Part shown: piece by piece, positions 18,545 to 27,106 of the stretch
Position numbering within the stretch: position 1 is the stretch's first letter
Layout: every line of letters starts with the position of its first letter
From: Candidatus Pacearchaeota archaeon
Lineage (GTDB): Archaea > Nanobdellota > Nanobdellia > Pacearchaeales > GW2011-AR1
Direction of reading: 5' to 3'
Assembly: GCA_002688415.1 (NCBI GenBank)
Contig: NZCX01000030.1
Span: forward strand, 1,782 to 65,781
DNA length: 64,000 nucleotides
The notes under the pieces: model-generated
Database searches by the model: none
Told to the model about the DNA's origin: nothing
Seen by the model: only the letters and a program-made list of their open reading frames with translations
Made by a program: the position numbers and the translations under genes

Positions 18545-19141
18545 CTATTCATAATTTTCGTTCTGACGATGCCCCTTCATCGCATCTACGTTAGAATTAA
18601 GGTTATTTGTTTTTTGGGATCCTCCAATTTCAAGACGGGAGCGATTTTCTCTTCTTATCTCCCCTATTTTTGAGGGATCTTCCACGACTTCTTGCCCAAT
18701 ACTGTAGGAGAGAGAACCCTCATCATCTTCTGCTGAATAGGGATTAATGGTTTTATAAACTTCTTTTGAAGAATTTTCTACCTCGCGATTATCTACATAA
18801 GATTTTTCTCCAACAGAATCCTTCTTCACAGCACCATAATTAACCTCTTCCCCATTTTCTTCGCCGGGAGGTTTCCAGCCTTGCATTGCCAGTTCCTCTT
18901 CCAAATGGGCTCTCTGTTTTTGAGGTCCTTCACCTCTATGATGCAACAGTTCCGACATGTCCACTTGATCCAAAGTATCTGTAATTCCTTCAGACATCTC
19001 CAATGGAACTTGGGACTCCACATCTTCTTCAAATTTTTCTTCAAGAGTCTCCTCCTTTTTTTCTTCAGAAGATTCTACTTCCTCCTTGGATTCTTCCTTC
19101 TCTTTAGAAACTTTCTTCTTAGTCTTCTTCTTTTTCACCAT
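18545..19141 (-). CDS. Hypothetical acidic/Lys-rich low-complexity protein
   Basis: 198 aa. N-terminus MVKKKKTKKKVSKEKEESKEE, then an E-rich region. CTTAAATA (minus strand, plus coordinates 19170-19163) starts 29 nt before the ATG. Confidence 0.55.
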   Translation of the reverse strand: MVKKKKTKKKVSKEKEESKEEVESSEEKKEETLEEKFEEDVESQVPLEMSEGITDTLDQVDMSELLHHRGEGPQKQRAHLEEELAMQGWKPPGEENGEEVNYGAVKKDSVGEKSYVDNREVENSSKEVYKTINPYSAEDDEGSLSYSIGQEVVEDPSKIGEIRRENRSRLEIGGSQKTNNLNSNVDAMKGHRQNENYE

Positions 19142-19178
19142 GAAAATTAATAGGGCTAGAAATATTTAAGGATTTTGA

Positions 19179-20678
19179 TTATTCATATTTTCCTTTTTTC
19201 TTTTCACCAGCCCCCTTGAACACATCACCAATCTTCTCAACCTTTGGAGAAACCTTAGATTCAGAATAGTTATCAAAATTATCAGAACTTGAAGCCATTC
19301 TATGAGCTTTTTTATAAACATCATAGGTAGTATAGAGTCTGGCAGCAGCAGTGTTGGCAGCTTCTGCCCTCAAGTGTTTTTCGACCCAATTGTCGGGCTT
19401 GATGTCTTTCTCGTCATTTATTTCTACCTCTTTTCCCTTTTTTGCAGAAGAGCTATATGAAGATGGTTTGAAAAGATCAAACAATGCGGTAAATGGGTTA
19501 ATGTCTTGTGATGCACCACCATCTTTCTCCTTGTCCTCCTTGTCTCTTTCTTCTTTTGACTTCAAGAAGTAATCAAAGTCATCCTTTAGCTCCTTAAGCG
19601 CATCCTCAGCAATGTCAAAAGAGTACTTAAGCCCTTCTTCAAAGTCTTCGCTCTCCATCTTTTTTTTCATTAATTTTAATTCTTCTTCGTTAAGAGAATA
19701 AGCATCAAATGTGATATCCACCCTACCACCAAAGGCGAAAGCATAGTTGCCCTTTTCTGCTTTCTGAGCAAGGTGCCCACGATATTGAAAATTTATCAAA
19801 AGAATAGAATTATAATCTCTTCTAATATTGTATCCTTTAACCTGCTTAGGCGCAGTGACCTTTTGCTTGGCAAAAAGGGTCAATTCAAACATAGAAGTAG
19901 AAAATGCATTAACAAGGGCAGCATTTTTATCAAAACCCTTTTGTCTCAATTGCTCAGCAGCTTTAAAGTATGGCTTCATCCACGCAGAGTAAAGCTTGAT
20001 GGTTTCGATCTGACTTCTAAGATAGTTCCTCTCAATTGACTCTCTCTTCCTCAACTCTTTATAAGAAAAGTCTTGCCACTTCAAAAATTCATCGATACGA
20101 GGGATCATAATTCTTTTAACGGCATCATTAATTGTACCATCTTTTGCAGCCATTTTTTCAACATCTTCAACAGAGTTTGCAATCATAAATGCATCCCTTA
20201 GCGTAACATATCCTAGGTCGGCACTCATTTGATGGATAGATCCTCTGCCTCTTTTGGGAAGATCAACACTATCCAGCCAGATTTGTTTTAGGGCAAGCAC
20301 GCCAGCTTCTTTCCTCTTCTTGTCTTTGCTTTTAGCGTCCTCATAATGAGAGAGTCGTTGCTCAAATTCCCTTAAATCATAAAGGAGATTAATGGTTGAC
20401 TTAATAAGTTGATGAAGATCTGCAGAGATCTTGGTACCTTGCTGCTGCATAAGCGTTGCTCTTTGTCCCATCTCAGAAAAGTGACCGGACCCAGGTGAGC
20501 TCATAAAATTATCAGCAATCTTTTCAACGGTAAAGCCAAGATTATTAACAAAATCAAGAATCCAATAATATATTGGTTCTAGCTGGTTTTGAGGAGAGTC
20601 ATAAATTAGCTTATAGGAGGCTAGAGGTTTGCCATGATTCTTACTAACTTTCTCTAACACCTCTTTTATATCTCCCAT
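19179..20678 (-). CDS. Hypothetical protein (499 aa), first gene of the minus-strand cluster
   Basis: Long ORF with normal composition. TATA TTTAAATA (plus coordinates 20707-20700) starts 29 nt before the ATG. No catalytic or NTP-binding motif recognised. Disordered K/E/S-rich C-terminal roughly 130 aa. Confidence 0.7.
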   Translation of the reverse strand: MGDIKEVLEKVSKNHGKPLASYKLIYDSPQNQLEPIYYWILDFVNNLGFTVEKIADNFMSSPGSGHFSEMGQRATLMQQQGTKISADLHQLIKSTINLLYDLREFEQRLSHYEDAKSKDKKRKEAGVLALKQIWLDSVDLPKRGRGSIHQMSADLGYVTLRDAFMIANSVEDVEKMAAKDGTINDAVKRIMIPRIDEFLKWQDFSYKELRKRESIERNYLRSQIETIKLYSAWMKPYFKAAEQLRQKGFDKNAALVNAFSTSMFELTLFAKQKVTAPKQVKGYNIRRDYNSILLINFQYRGHLAQKAEKGNYAFAFGGRVDITFDAYSLNEEELKLMKKKMESEDFEEGLKYSFDIAEDALKELKDDFDYFLKSKEERDKEDKEKDGGASQDINPFTALFDLFKPSSYSSSAKKGKEVEINDEKDIKPDNWVEKHLRAEAANTAAARLYTTYDVYKKAHRMASSSDNFDNYSESKVSPKVEKIGDVFKGAGEKKKGKYE

Positions 20679-20696
20679 AAAAAATAATAGATTAAA

Positions 20697-20729
20697 GGAT
20701 ATTTAAAGTTTGGTAAGGTTTAAATATCC
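20697..20729. promoter_or_regulatory. Palindromic bidirectional promoter: two inverted TATA elements
   Basis: GGATATTTAAA-(11 nt)-TTTAAATATCC is a perfect 11-bp inverted repeat. Each TTTAAATA starts exactly 29 nt from an ATG: 20678 on the minus strand and 20748 on the plus strand. Confidence 0.6.
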
Positions 20730-20920
20730 AAGATTGTTGAAAACGACATGGCTAAAGCAACAGGACTTAAGAAAAATTCTATTTCCATAGTTATAGCTGT
20801 AATTATTTGAGGGTAGGCTTGTACCTACTACCGATAAGATGGTTTCTACTTACGTTAACTGTTTTGAAAGAGAATGTTCTATGCAATTAAATTTAAAAGG
20901 TTGTAAGACTGGGGGAGTTT

Positions 20921-23770
20921 ATGGACTTTAAAGAAATAGAAAGTGAAATGCTCAAATTCTGGGATGAAAATGACATTTACAAGAAATCAAAATTGAAAAA
21001 TGCAAAAGGAAAGAAGTTCTACTTTCTTCAGGGACCACCATACACATCTGGGAAACTCCACATTGGACACGCATGGAACAATGCCATGAAAGATGTTGCA
21101 CTTAGATTTTTTAGATTAAAGGGATTCGATGTTTGGGATAGGGCTGGTTATGACATGCACGGACTTCCGACAGCGAACAAGGTTCAAAAAGAACTAGGAA
21201 TAAAAGACAAAGATGGAATCATAGAGTATGGACTCGATAAGTTCAATACAAGATGCCAAGAGTTCTCAACCAATGCGGCGAAAGAAATGAATGAGGATTT
21301 AAAGAGGATTGGAATTTGGATGGACTTTGAAGACCCATATCTTCCTGTAACAAACGAGTTTATGAGCTCACAATGGGCTCTATTCAAGAAGGCTTTTGAG
21401 CAAGATAGGCTATACAAAGGAAAAAAGATTATGCATTGGTGTAGGGATTGTGAAACATCATTGGCAAAACACGAGCTAGAATATAAAAACACAAAGGACA
21501 ATTCAATATTTCTAAAATTCAAGATAAAAGATAAAGAAAACGAATATCTTATAATATGGACTACAACACCGTGGACAGTTTTGCATAACATGGCAGTAAT
21601 GGCGGGACCAGAGATTGATTACGTAAAAACAGAAGTTAAAACAGAAGATGAAAAAGAAAAGTGGATCATAGCTAAGAATTTAGCAGGTGTTTTCATAAGT
21701 GGACTATTGGGCCTGGAATCGAAAACTTTAGAAGAGTTTAAAGGTCGAGAAATGGAGGGCTTGGAGTATGTTCATCCGTTTTATGAAAAAATTCCGGAAG
21801 TTTATGACAAATTGAAGAAGGAATGGCCAAATGTTCATACAGTTATACTTTCTGATAAATATGTAGATACGACAGCGGGTTCTGGATTGGTTCATTGTGG
21901 TTCAGGGTGTGGCCCAGAGGACTTCGAGGTGGCGCAAGAATATGAAATTGGTGCATTTAATACACTGAATGAAAAAGGAGAGCTAGAGGGCGTTGGGGAA
22001 TTCTCAGGGATGGTTGCCAAAAAAGACGACAAACAATTTGTTGAAAAACTTAAAGAGGTTGGGAGCCTAATAAAACAAACTCCTGTAGAGCATGAGTACG
22101 CACATTGTTGGAGATGTGCAAGCCCCGTAGTTTTCAGAACAACAGAACAATGGTTCCTTAGAATAGAAGATCTTGTTCCAAAGATCTTAGAATATGATAA
22201 AGATATAAAATGGCAACCAGAATTTGCCAAGAAGAACTACGAATCCTGGATTACAAACTTAAAAGATAATGGAGTTACAAGACAAAGATTTTGGGGAACT
22301 CCAATGCCACTTTGGGAATGTAAGTGTGGAGAGATAGACGTAATTGGCTCATCGAAAGAATTAGGAGAGAAGGCAGTAACCCCGGTCCCCGAGAACCTAC
22401 ACAAGCCCTGGATTGATGAAGTTAAATTAACCTGCCCAAAATGCGGCGAAGAAATGACAAGAGTCACAGATGTAATCGATGTTTGGATTGATTCTGGAAC
22501 AACGTCCTGGAATTGTCTTTACTACCCAGAAAAAGAAGAGATATTCAAAAAATATTTTCCAGCAGATCTAATCATGGAAGCAACGGAACAAACAAGGCTT
22601 TGGTTCAGCATGTTACAGCTTTGTTCAACAATTATGTTTGGGAAACCATGCTACAAAGGAGCATACAACCACGGGATGATTTTTGACTTCGAGGGAACGA
22701 AAATGAGTAAGAGCATCGGAAATATTATTTCCCCATATGAAGTTATAGATAAATATTCCTCAGAAATCTTTAGGTACTATATTTGCCAGACAACAGCAGG
22801 AAAGAATATTAACTTTAATTGGGAAGATGTGAAACAAAAACAAAGGAATCTGTTGGTTCTTCTGAATACAAATCGATTCCTAATACAGCTCGGAGACAAG
22901 GGAGACAAAAAAGCGATAGGGATTGAAGAGAAGTATATTCTATCAAGATTAAACTCAACAATAAAAAAAGTCACGAAGCTTTTTGAGGATTATAAGTTCG
23001 ACGAAACAATTGGAGAGATAGAAAATCTATTCCTCGATATATCAAGAGTTTATATCCGATTCGTTAGAGATAAGGCAAATGAAAACCCGCAACTAGTCAA
23101 GTCCGTCCTAGAAGAAGTTTATACAAAAACATTGCAGATGTTCTCAACAATATGCCCACTATTCACAGAAAATATTTGGCAAAGCTTGAGAGAAAAAGAA
23201 GTTGTTAAAGAGGAATCTATCCACCTAAGCAACTGGCCAAAAGTTGATGACAAAAAGATTGATGAAAAACTTGAGCTCAGATTTAATTCCCTATCAGAGA
23301 TTATAGAAGCAGGATTAAGGTTAAGGGATAAGGAGCAAATCGGCTTGAAGTGGCCTTTAGCCTCTGTGGAATTAGCAGGATATATTGGACTCAACGAAGA
23401 TGAAAAAGAAATAATAAAATCTCAATTAAACGTAAAGAAAATTCTTCAAGATAAAGATAGAGGCCTAAAGAGTCCAGAAATAAAATTAGACACAAAACTA
23501 ACCCCCGCGCTAGAAGCTGAGGGATTCGCAAGAGAGATTTGTCGTCGAGTACAGGCAGGGAGAAGGAAGGCTGAGCTTGTTAAGGAGGACAAAATTGAGT
23601 TGTCTATAGAATCAGAGTTCGATGAATTATTAGAAAAACAAGAAGGATTTATCAAAGAAAGAGTAGGGGCAGCGTCGATAAAACTAGAATCAAAAGAGGC
23701 AAATGCTGACTTTACCGAAGAGGGTAAGGTAAAAAATAAGGCCTTTACGCTATCCTTTAAAAAAATCTAA
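20921..23770 (+). CDS. ileS: Isoleucyl-tRNA synthetase
   Basis: HIGH region PPYTSGKLHIGHAWN; GYDMHGLP; editing-domain IIWTTTPWTV; WCRDCETSL; KMSKS as GTKMSKSIGN. Confidence 0.8.
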   Translation: MDFKEIESEMLKFWDENDIYKKSKLKNAKGKKFYFLQGPPYTSGKLHIGHAWNNAMKDVALRFFRLKGFDVWDRAGYDMHGLPTANKVQKELGIKDKDGIIEYGLDKFNTRCQEFSTNAAKEMNEDLKRIGIWMDFEDPYLPVTNEFMSSQWALFKKAFEQDRLYKGKKIMHWCRDCETSLAKHELEYKNTKDNSIFLKFKIKDKENEYLIIWTTTPWTVLHNMAVMAGPEIDYVKTEVKTEDEKEKWIIAKNLAGVFISGLLGLESKTLEEFKGREMEGLEYVHPFYEKIPEVYDKLKKEWPNVHTVILSDKYVDTTAGSGLVHCGSGCGPEDFEVAQEYEIGAFNTLNEKGELEGVGEFSGMVAKKDDKQFVEKLKEVGSLIKQTPVEHEYAHCWRCASPVVFRTTEQWFLRIEDLVPKILEYDKDIKWQPEFAKKNYESWITNLKDNGVTRQRFWGTPMPLWECKCGEIDVIGSSKELGEKAVTPVPENLHKPWIDEVKLTCPKCGEEMTRVTDVIDVWIDSGTTSWNCLYYPEKEEIFKKYFPADLIMEATEQTRLWFSMLQLCSTIMFGKPCYKGAYNHGMIFDFEGTKMSKSIGNIISPYEVIDKYSSEIFRYYICQTTAGKNINFNWEDVKQKQRNLLVLLNTNRFLIQLGDKGDKKAIGIEEKYILSRLNSTIKKVTKLFEDYKFDETIGEIENLFLDISRVYIRFVRDKANENPQLVKSVLEEVYTKTLQMFSTICPLFTENIWQSLREKEVVKEESIHLSNWPKVDDKKIDEKLELRFNSLSEIIEAGLRLRDKEQIGLKWPLASVELAGYIGLNEDEKEIIKSQLNVKKILQDKDRGLKSPEIKLDTKLTPALEAEGFAREICRRVQAGRRKAELVKEDKIELSIESEFDELLEKQEGFIKERVGAASIKLESKEANADFTEEGKVKNKAFTLSFKKI

Positions 23771-23836
23771 TTTTTACTCCTCTAGCAGAGGAAAAATTAC
23801 AGAAACATTTAAATACTAGATTTAGTATAAGCTTTT

Positions 23837-24640
23837 ATGATAGTCAAAGAAGAATTCCTAAGTAGATTAAGGAAGATCTTTGACCTGAACTTATATGAGG
23901 TGAAGGTCTGGACAGCACTTTTGTCGAGGGGAACTTCAACAGCTGGCGAGCTTTCTAGTATCTCTGATGTTCCGAGGTCAAGGACTTATGATATTCTAGA
24001 ATCTCTTGAAAAGAAGGGATTTATTGTAATGAAGCTAGGAAAGCCAATCAAGTTTGTTGCCCTTAAACCAGAGGAAGTCATTGAGAGAGTAAAAAAGAAT
24101 TTGGTCGTCGCAGCAAAGAATAAATCGCAAAGACTTGAGAAGTTAAAGGGTGATGAGGTACTAGAGGAGCTAAACACTATTTTCACCGACGGTATAAAAT
24201 ATGTTGAGCATACAGATCTTTCTGGAGCATTGAAAGGTAGGCAAAATATTTACAATCATTTAGACATGTTAGTTCGTGAAGCCCAAAGCACAATTGTTCT
24301 AGTAACAACAGAAGAGGGTCTTAGCAGAAAACTAGAAGTCTTACTTCCAAGTCTAGAGAAGGCCAAGAAGAGAGGGGTGAAGATAAGGGTTGCTGCACCT
24401 GTAACTGCTGCGAATAAAAGTATAGCCAAAGAATTTTCTAAGGTTGCAGAAATAAAGGCGGTAGACGGTCTGAAGGCAAGATTCTTAATAATAGACTCTG
24501 AACAAATTATGTTTATGCTTCTAAATGACGATGAGGTTCATCCAACATACGACCTAGGGGTTTGGATTAACACGGAATTTTTCGCTAAGTCATTAGAGCA
24601 ATTATTTGACATAGCCTGGGATGGAATGAAAAAAGCTTAA
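23837..24640 (+). CDS. TrmB-family transcriptional regulator
   Basis: N-terminal wHTH LYEVKVWTALLSRGTSTAGELSSISDVPRSRTYDILESLEKKGFI, typical of the TrmB family. 267 aa with a C-terminal effector-like domain. TTTAAATA at 23808-23815 starts 29 nt before the ATG. Confidence 0.8.
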   Translation: MIVKEEFLSRLRKIFDLNLYEVKVWTALLSRGTSTAGELSSISDVPRSRTYDILESLEKKGFIVMKLGKPIKFVALKPEEVIERVKKNLVVAAKNKSQRLEKLKGDEVLEELNTIFTDGIKYVEHTDLSGALKGRQNIYNHLDMLVREAQSTIVLVTTEEGLSRKLEVLLPSLEKAKKRGVKIRVAAPVTAANKSIAKEFSKVAEIKAVDGLKARFLIIDSEQIMFMLLNDDEVHPTYDLGVWINTEFFAKSLEQLFDIAWDGMKKA

Positions 24641-24665
24641 GAAAGAATAATAATTTTAAAAACAA

Positions 24666-26333
24666 TTACATTTTCTCTAACGTTTCTATGCCCAGTAGGC
24701 CCAAGGCCTTGCCAAGGGTAGCCCTAAAGGATTTAACAATCTCAAGGCGGAACCTTTCATTCTCTGATCCCATCACAGGACAGTCATGATAAAATTCATT
24801 AAACTTCTGTGATAGCTCATAGGCATAATTGGCAATAAGATTGGGCGCGAAGTGAGAATAGGACTTTTTAACAATTTCTGGGAAGCTCTCTATTTTTTTT
24901 ATCAAAGCAAATTCACAGTCATCGATCTTTCCAACTTCTAATTTTGCCTTAGATCTAGCCTTTCTTAAAATAGAAGCAGCTCTTGCATAGCTGTAAAGCA
25001 AATATGGCCCAGTGTCTCCCTCAAAGGCTAAGAACCGATCTATATCAAAGACAATCGAATTCTGCCTATGGCTCTTTAGGTCGCCATATTTTATTGCGGC
25101 AACGGCAATTACTCTAGATCTTTTCTCTAATTCTTTCTTCGATATTTTTTCGGAACGTTCTTCTAAGTTCTTCTTAGATTTTTCAATAGTTTCATCTAAA
25201 ACGTCAGATAGATAAACAGTTTTACCTTTTCTCGTAGAAAACTTCTTCCCATCGTTGTCAAGATATAGGCCATGGGCCGCATGAACACAATCCGTTGACC
25301 ACTTAAACCCTAATTTTTCTAGAACCTTAAAGACTTGTCTAAAATGAAGGCTTTGTTCGCTTCCTACTTCATATATTAGCTTATCAAACTTGTATTTTTT
25401 GTAACGGTCAATTGCGGCAGCGATATCCCTTGTTGCATAAAGACTTGTACCATCATTTTTTTGAATCAAAACAACCCCCCCTGCCTTTTTCAAATCAACC
25501 ACCAGAGCCCCCTCACTTTTCTTCAGAAGCCGCTTCTTTTTTAACAGATCAATTACTTCCTGCATTTTATTGTTATAGAGACTTTCTCCAGAAACCTCAT
25601 CGAATTCCACATTCAATAATTTGTAAATTGTATAGAATTTTTCCAGAGAGAAGTCTTTAAATTCTTTCCACATAGCCAGATTGTTTTTATTCCCTTCTTC
25701 TAGCTTCTTAAATTCTAAGCGTGCATCATCGTCAAATTCATCTGTTTTATTTATTTTTACATAAAGTTTTTGCAGGTGTCCTATAGCATCTTTTTTTAAT
25801 TCGGAATCTTTACCCCATTTCTTATAGGCCAGAATTATTTTTCCGAATTGTGTCCCCCAGTCACCAAGATAGTTTATCTTTACTGTCCCATACCCATTTG
25901 CGTTTGCTATTCTCGAAATTGAATCTCCAATTATTGTAGACCTTAAGTGTCCAATACCAAAAGGTTTAGCAATGTTTGGATGCGAGAGGTCGATTACAAC
26001 TTTTTTACCCTTTCCGTTAGTGTTTTCTCCCCACCCATCTTCTAAGCTGTCCACCAACACTTTCTCAGCCAGTCCCACCCTATCTACAAAAAAATTCAGA
26101 TATGGACCTTCTGCCTTTGCTTCAGTGATTTCTTCCGGAAGATTTTTCTCAACAGCCCCAGCAAGGTCCTTTGCTATTTCAGCTGGATTCTTCTTAAACT
26201 TCTTTGAAAGTGTAAAGCAAGGAAACGCGAAATCGCCCAATTTCATCTCTGGGGGAATCTCAATTAAGCGTAAAAGGTCTTCTTTTTTTAACCCAGTCTC
26301 ATTTTCAAGCATTTCAGCCAACACTTCTTTCAT
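24666..26333 (-). CDS. argS: Arginyl-tRNA synthetase
   Basis: Class I HIGH variant SHPNIAKPFGIGHLRSTIIGD; DALR-type anticodon-binding C-terminus ending ...LGIETLEKM; 555 aa. Confidence 0.9.
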   Translation of the reverse strand: MKEVLAEMLENETGLKKEDLLRLIEIPPEMKLGDFAFPCFTLSKKFKKNPAEIAKDLAGAVEKNLPEEITEAKAEGPYLNFFVDRVGLAEKVLVDSLEDGWGENTNGKGKKVVIDLSHPNIAKPFGIGHLRSTIIGDSISRIANANGYGTVKINYLGDWGTQFGKIILAYKKWGKDSELKKDAIGHLQKLYVKINKTDEFDDDARLEFKKLEEGNKNNLAMWKEFKDFSLEKFYTIYKLLNVEFDEVSGESLYNNKMQEVIDLLKKKRLLKKSEGALVVDLKKAGGVVLIQKNDGTSLYATRDIAAAIDRYKKYKFDKLIYEVGSEQSLHFRQVFKVLEKLGFKWSTDCVHAAHGLYLDNDGKKFSTRKGKTVYLSDVLDETIEKSKKNLEERSEKISKKELEKRSRVIAVAAIKYGDLKSHRQNSIVFDIDRFLAFEGDTGPYLLYSYARAASILRKARSKAKLEVGKIDDCEFALIKKIESFPEIVKKSYSHFAPNLIANYAYELSQKFNEFYHDCPVMGSENERFRLEIVKSFRATLGKALGLLGIETLEKM

Positions 26334-26472
26334 AGAATAAAAAGATTATGTGAGTTTATTAAAGTTTGGGAAAGCATAGGCTTAAAAAGGTTAATTAGGT
26401 CTTATTTTTATAGGTAAGGTACAAGATAAACATGTGTGAGATTTCTAATTATAAATTTGTAAGGAGGATAAA

Positions 26473-26724
26473 ATGAAGTTATATGTTGGTAATTTAGCTT
26501 GGGCTGTTGACGATGCAAAACTTAAAGAAATTTTTGCTGCATTCGGAACTGTCTCTGAAGCTGTTGTAATCTCTGATAAGTATTCTGGTCGAAGCAAAGG
26601 TTTCGGATTCGTTACTATTGATGAAGATGAAGGCGGAGCTAAAGCTATTGCAGAAATGAATGGAAAGGCTGTAGAAGGTCGAGAAATTAAGGTTTCTGAA
26701 GCTCAACCACGAGAAGAGAACTAA
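26473..26724 (+). CDS. RRM (RNP-type) RNA-binding protein
   Basis: 83 aa. RNP-2 LYVGNL at residues 3-8 and RNP-1 KGFGFVTI. AGGAGG at 26462-26467 ends 5 nt before the ATG. Confidence 0.9.
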   Translation: MKLYVGNLAWAVDDAKLKEIFAAFGTVSEAVVISDKYSGRSKGFGFVTIDEDEGGAKAIAEMNGKAVEGREIKVSEAQPREEN

Positions 26725-26749
26725 GTTTTCTTTTTGATAGTTACAAAGT

Positions 26750-26784
26750 CCTCAGGCGAAAGCTAGAGGCGTTTTTTATTTTTT
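26750..26784 (+). terminator. Hairpin with GAAA tetraloop followed by two T6 runs
   Basis: CCTC-A-GGC-GAAA-GCT-A-GAGG (26750-26769), then CG-TTTTTT-A-TTTTTT. Begins 25 nt after the RRM stop codon. Confidence 0.55.
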
Positions 26785-26846
26785 AATAATTTTATTATGT
26801 TCTTTAGTACAATAATGCTTATAAAGTAGTTGCGACCTCATTTTTT

Positions 26847-27080
26847 ATGAGCAAAAAGAAACGAAGCCAAGAGAAAAGAAAGAATGGAGCAGGAAGAAGG
26901 GGAGACCCGCATCATAATAAGTATGCCAGCTGTAGTAAAGCAGACACTGTAAGAACAGAAAGAGAGGTGGCGCGTTCGGCAGAGGAAAGGAGATTAAAAC
27001 AAGAAAGGGTAGTGTTGCGCCCAACATATGAAGACCCATTTTCTAGATACAGAGTCTCTTCAACTACCAGTTACTGGTAA
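26847..27080 (+). CDS. Possible small basic protein (77 aa); a non-coding transcript is the alternative
   Basis: CTTATAAA at 26818-26825 starts exactly 29 nt before the ATG, so a transcript probably starts here. The sequence is purine-rich and G+C-richer than its flanks. A CCAG-TTA-CTGG hairpin overlaps the stop. Confidence 0.4.
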   Translation: MSKKKRSQEKRKNGAGRRGDPHHNKYASCSKADTVRTEREVARSAEERRLKQERVVLRPTYEDPFSRYRVSSTTSYW

Positions 27081-27106
27081 TAATGCATTATTAAAATACA
27101 AACATC

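Noticed and set aside
26850-27080. Possible RNase P or SRP RNA, prompted by GAGGAAAGG (resembling RNase P CR-I GAGGAAAGUCC), ACAGAAAG and a GGG-GAGA-CCC hairpin
   Set aside because: The motifs are in the wrong order for RNase P RNA. I could not build the P1-P4 helices or an SRP helix 8 by hand. The region is too short, and the matches are only 8-9 nt. It is kept only as an uncertain transcript; an Infernal scan is needed.
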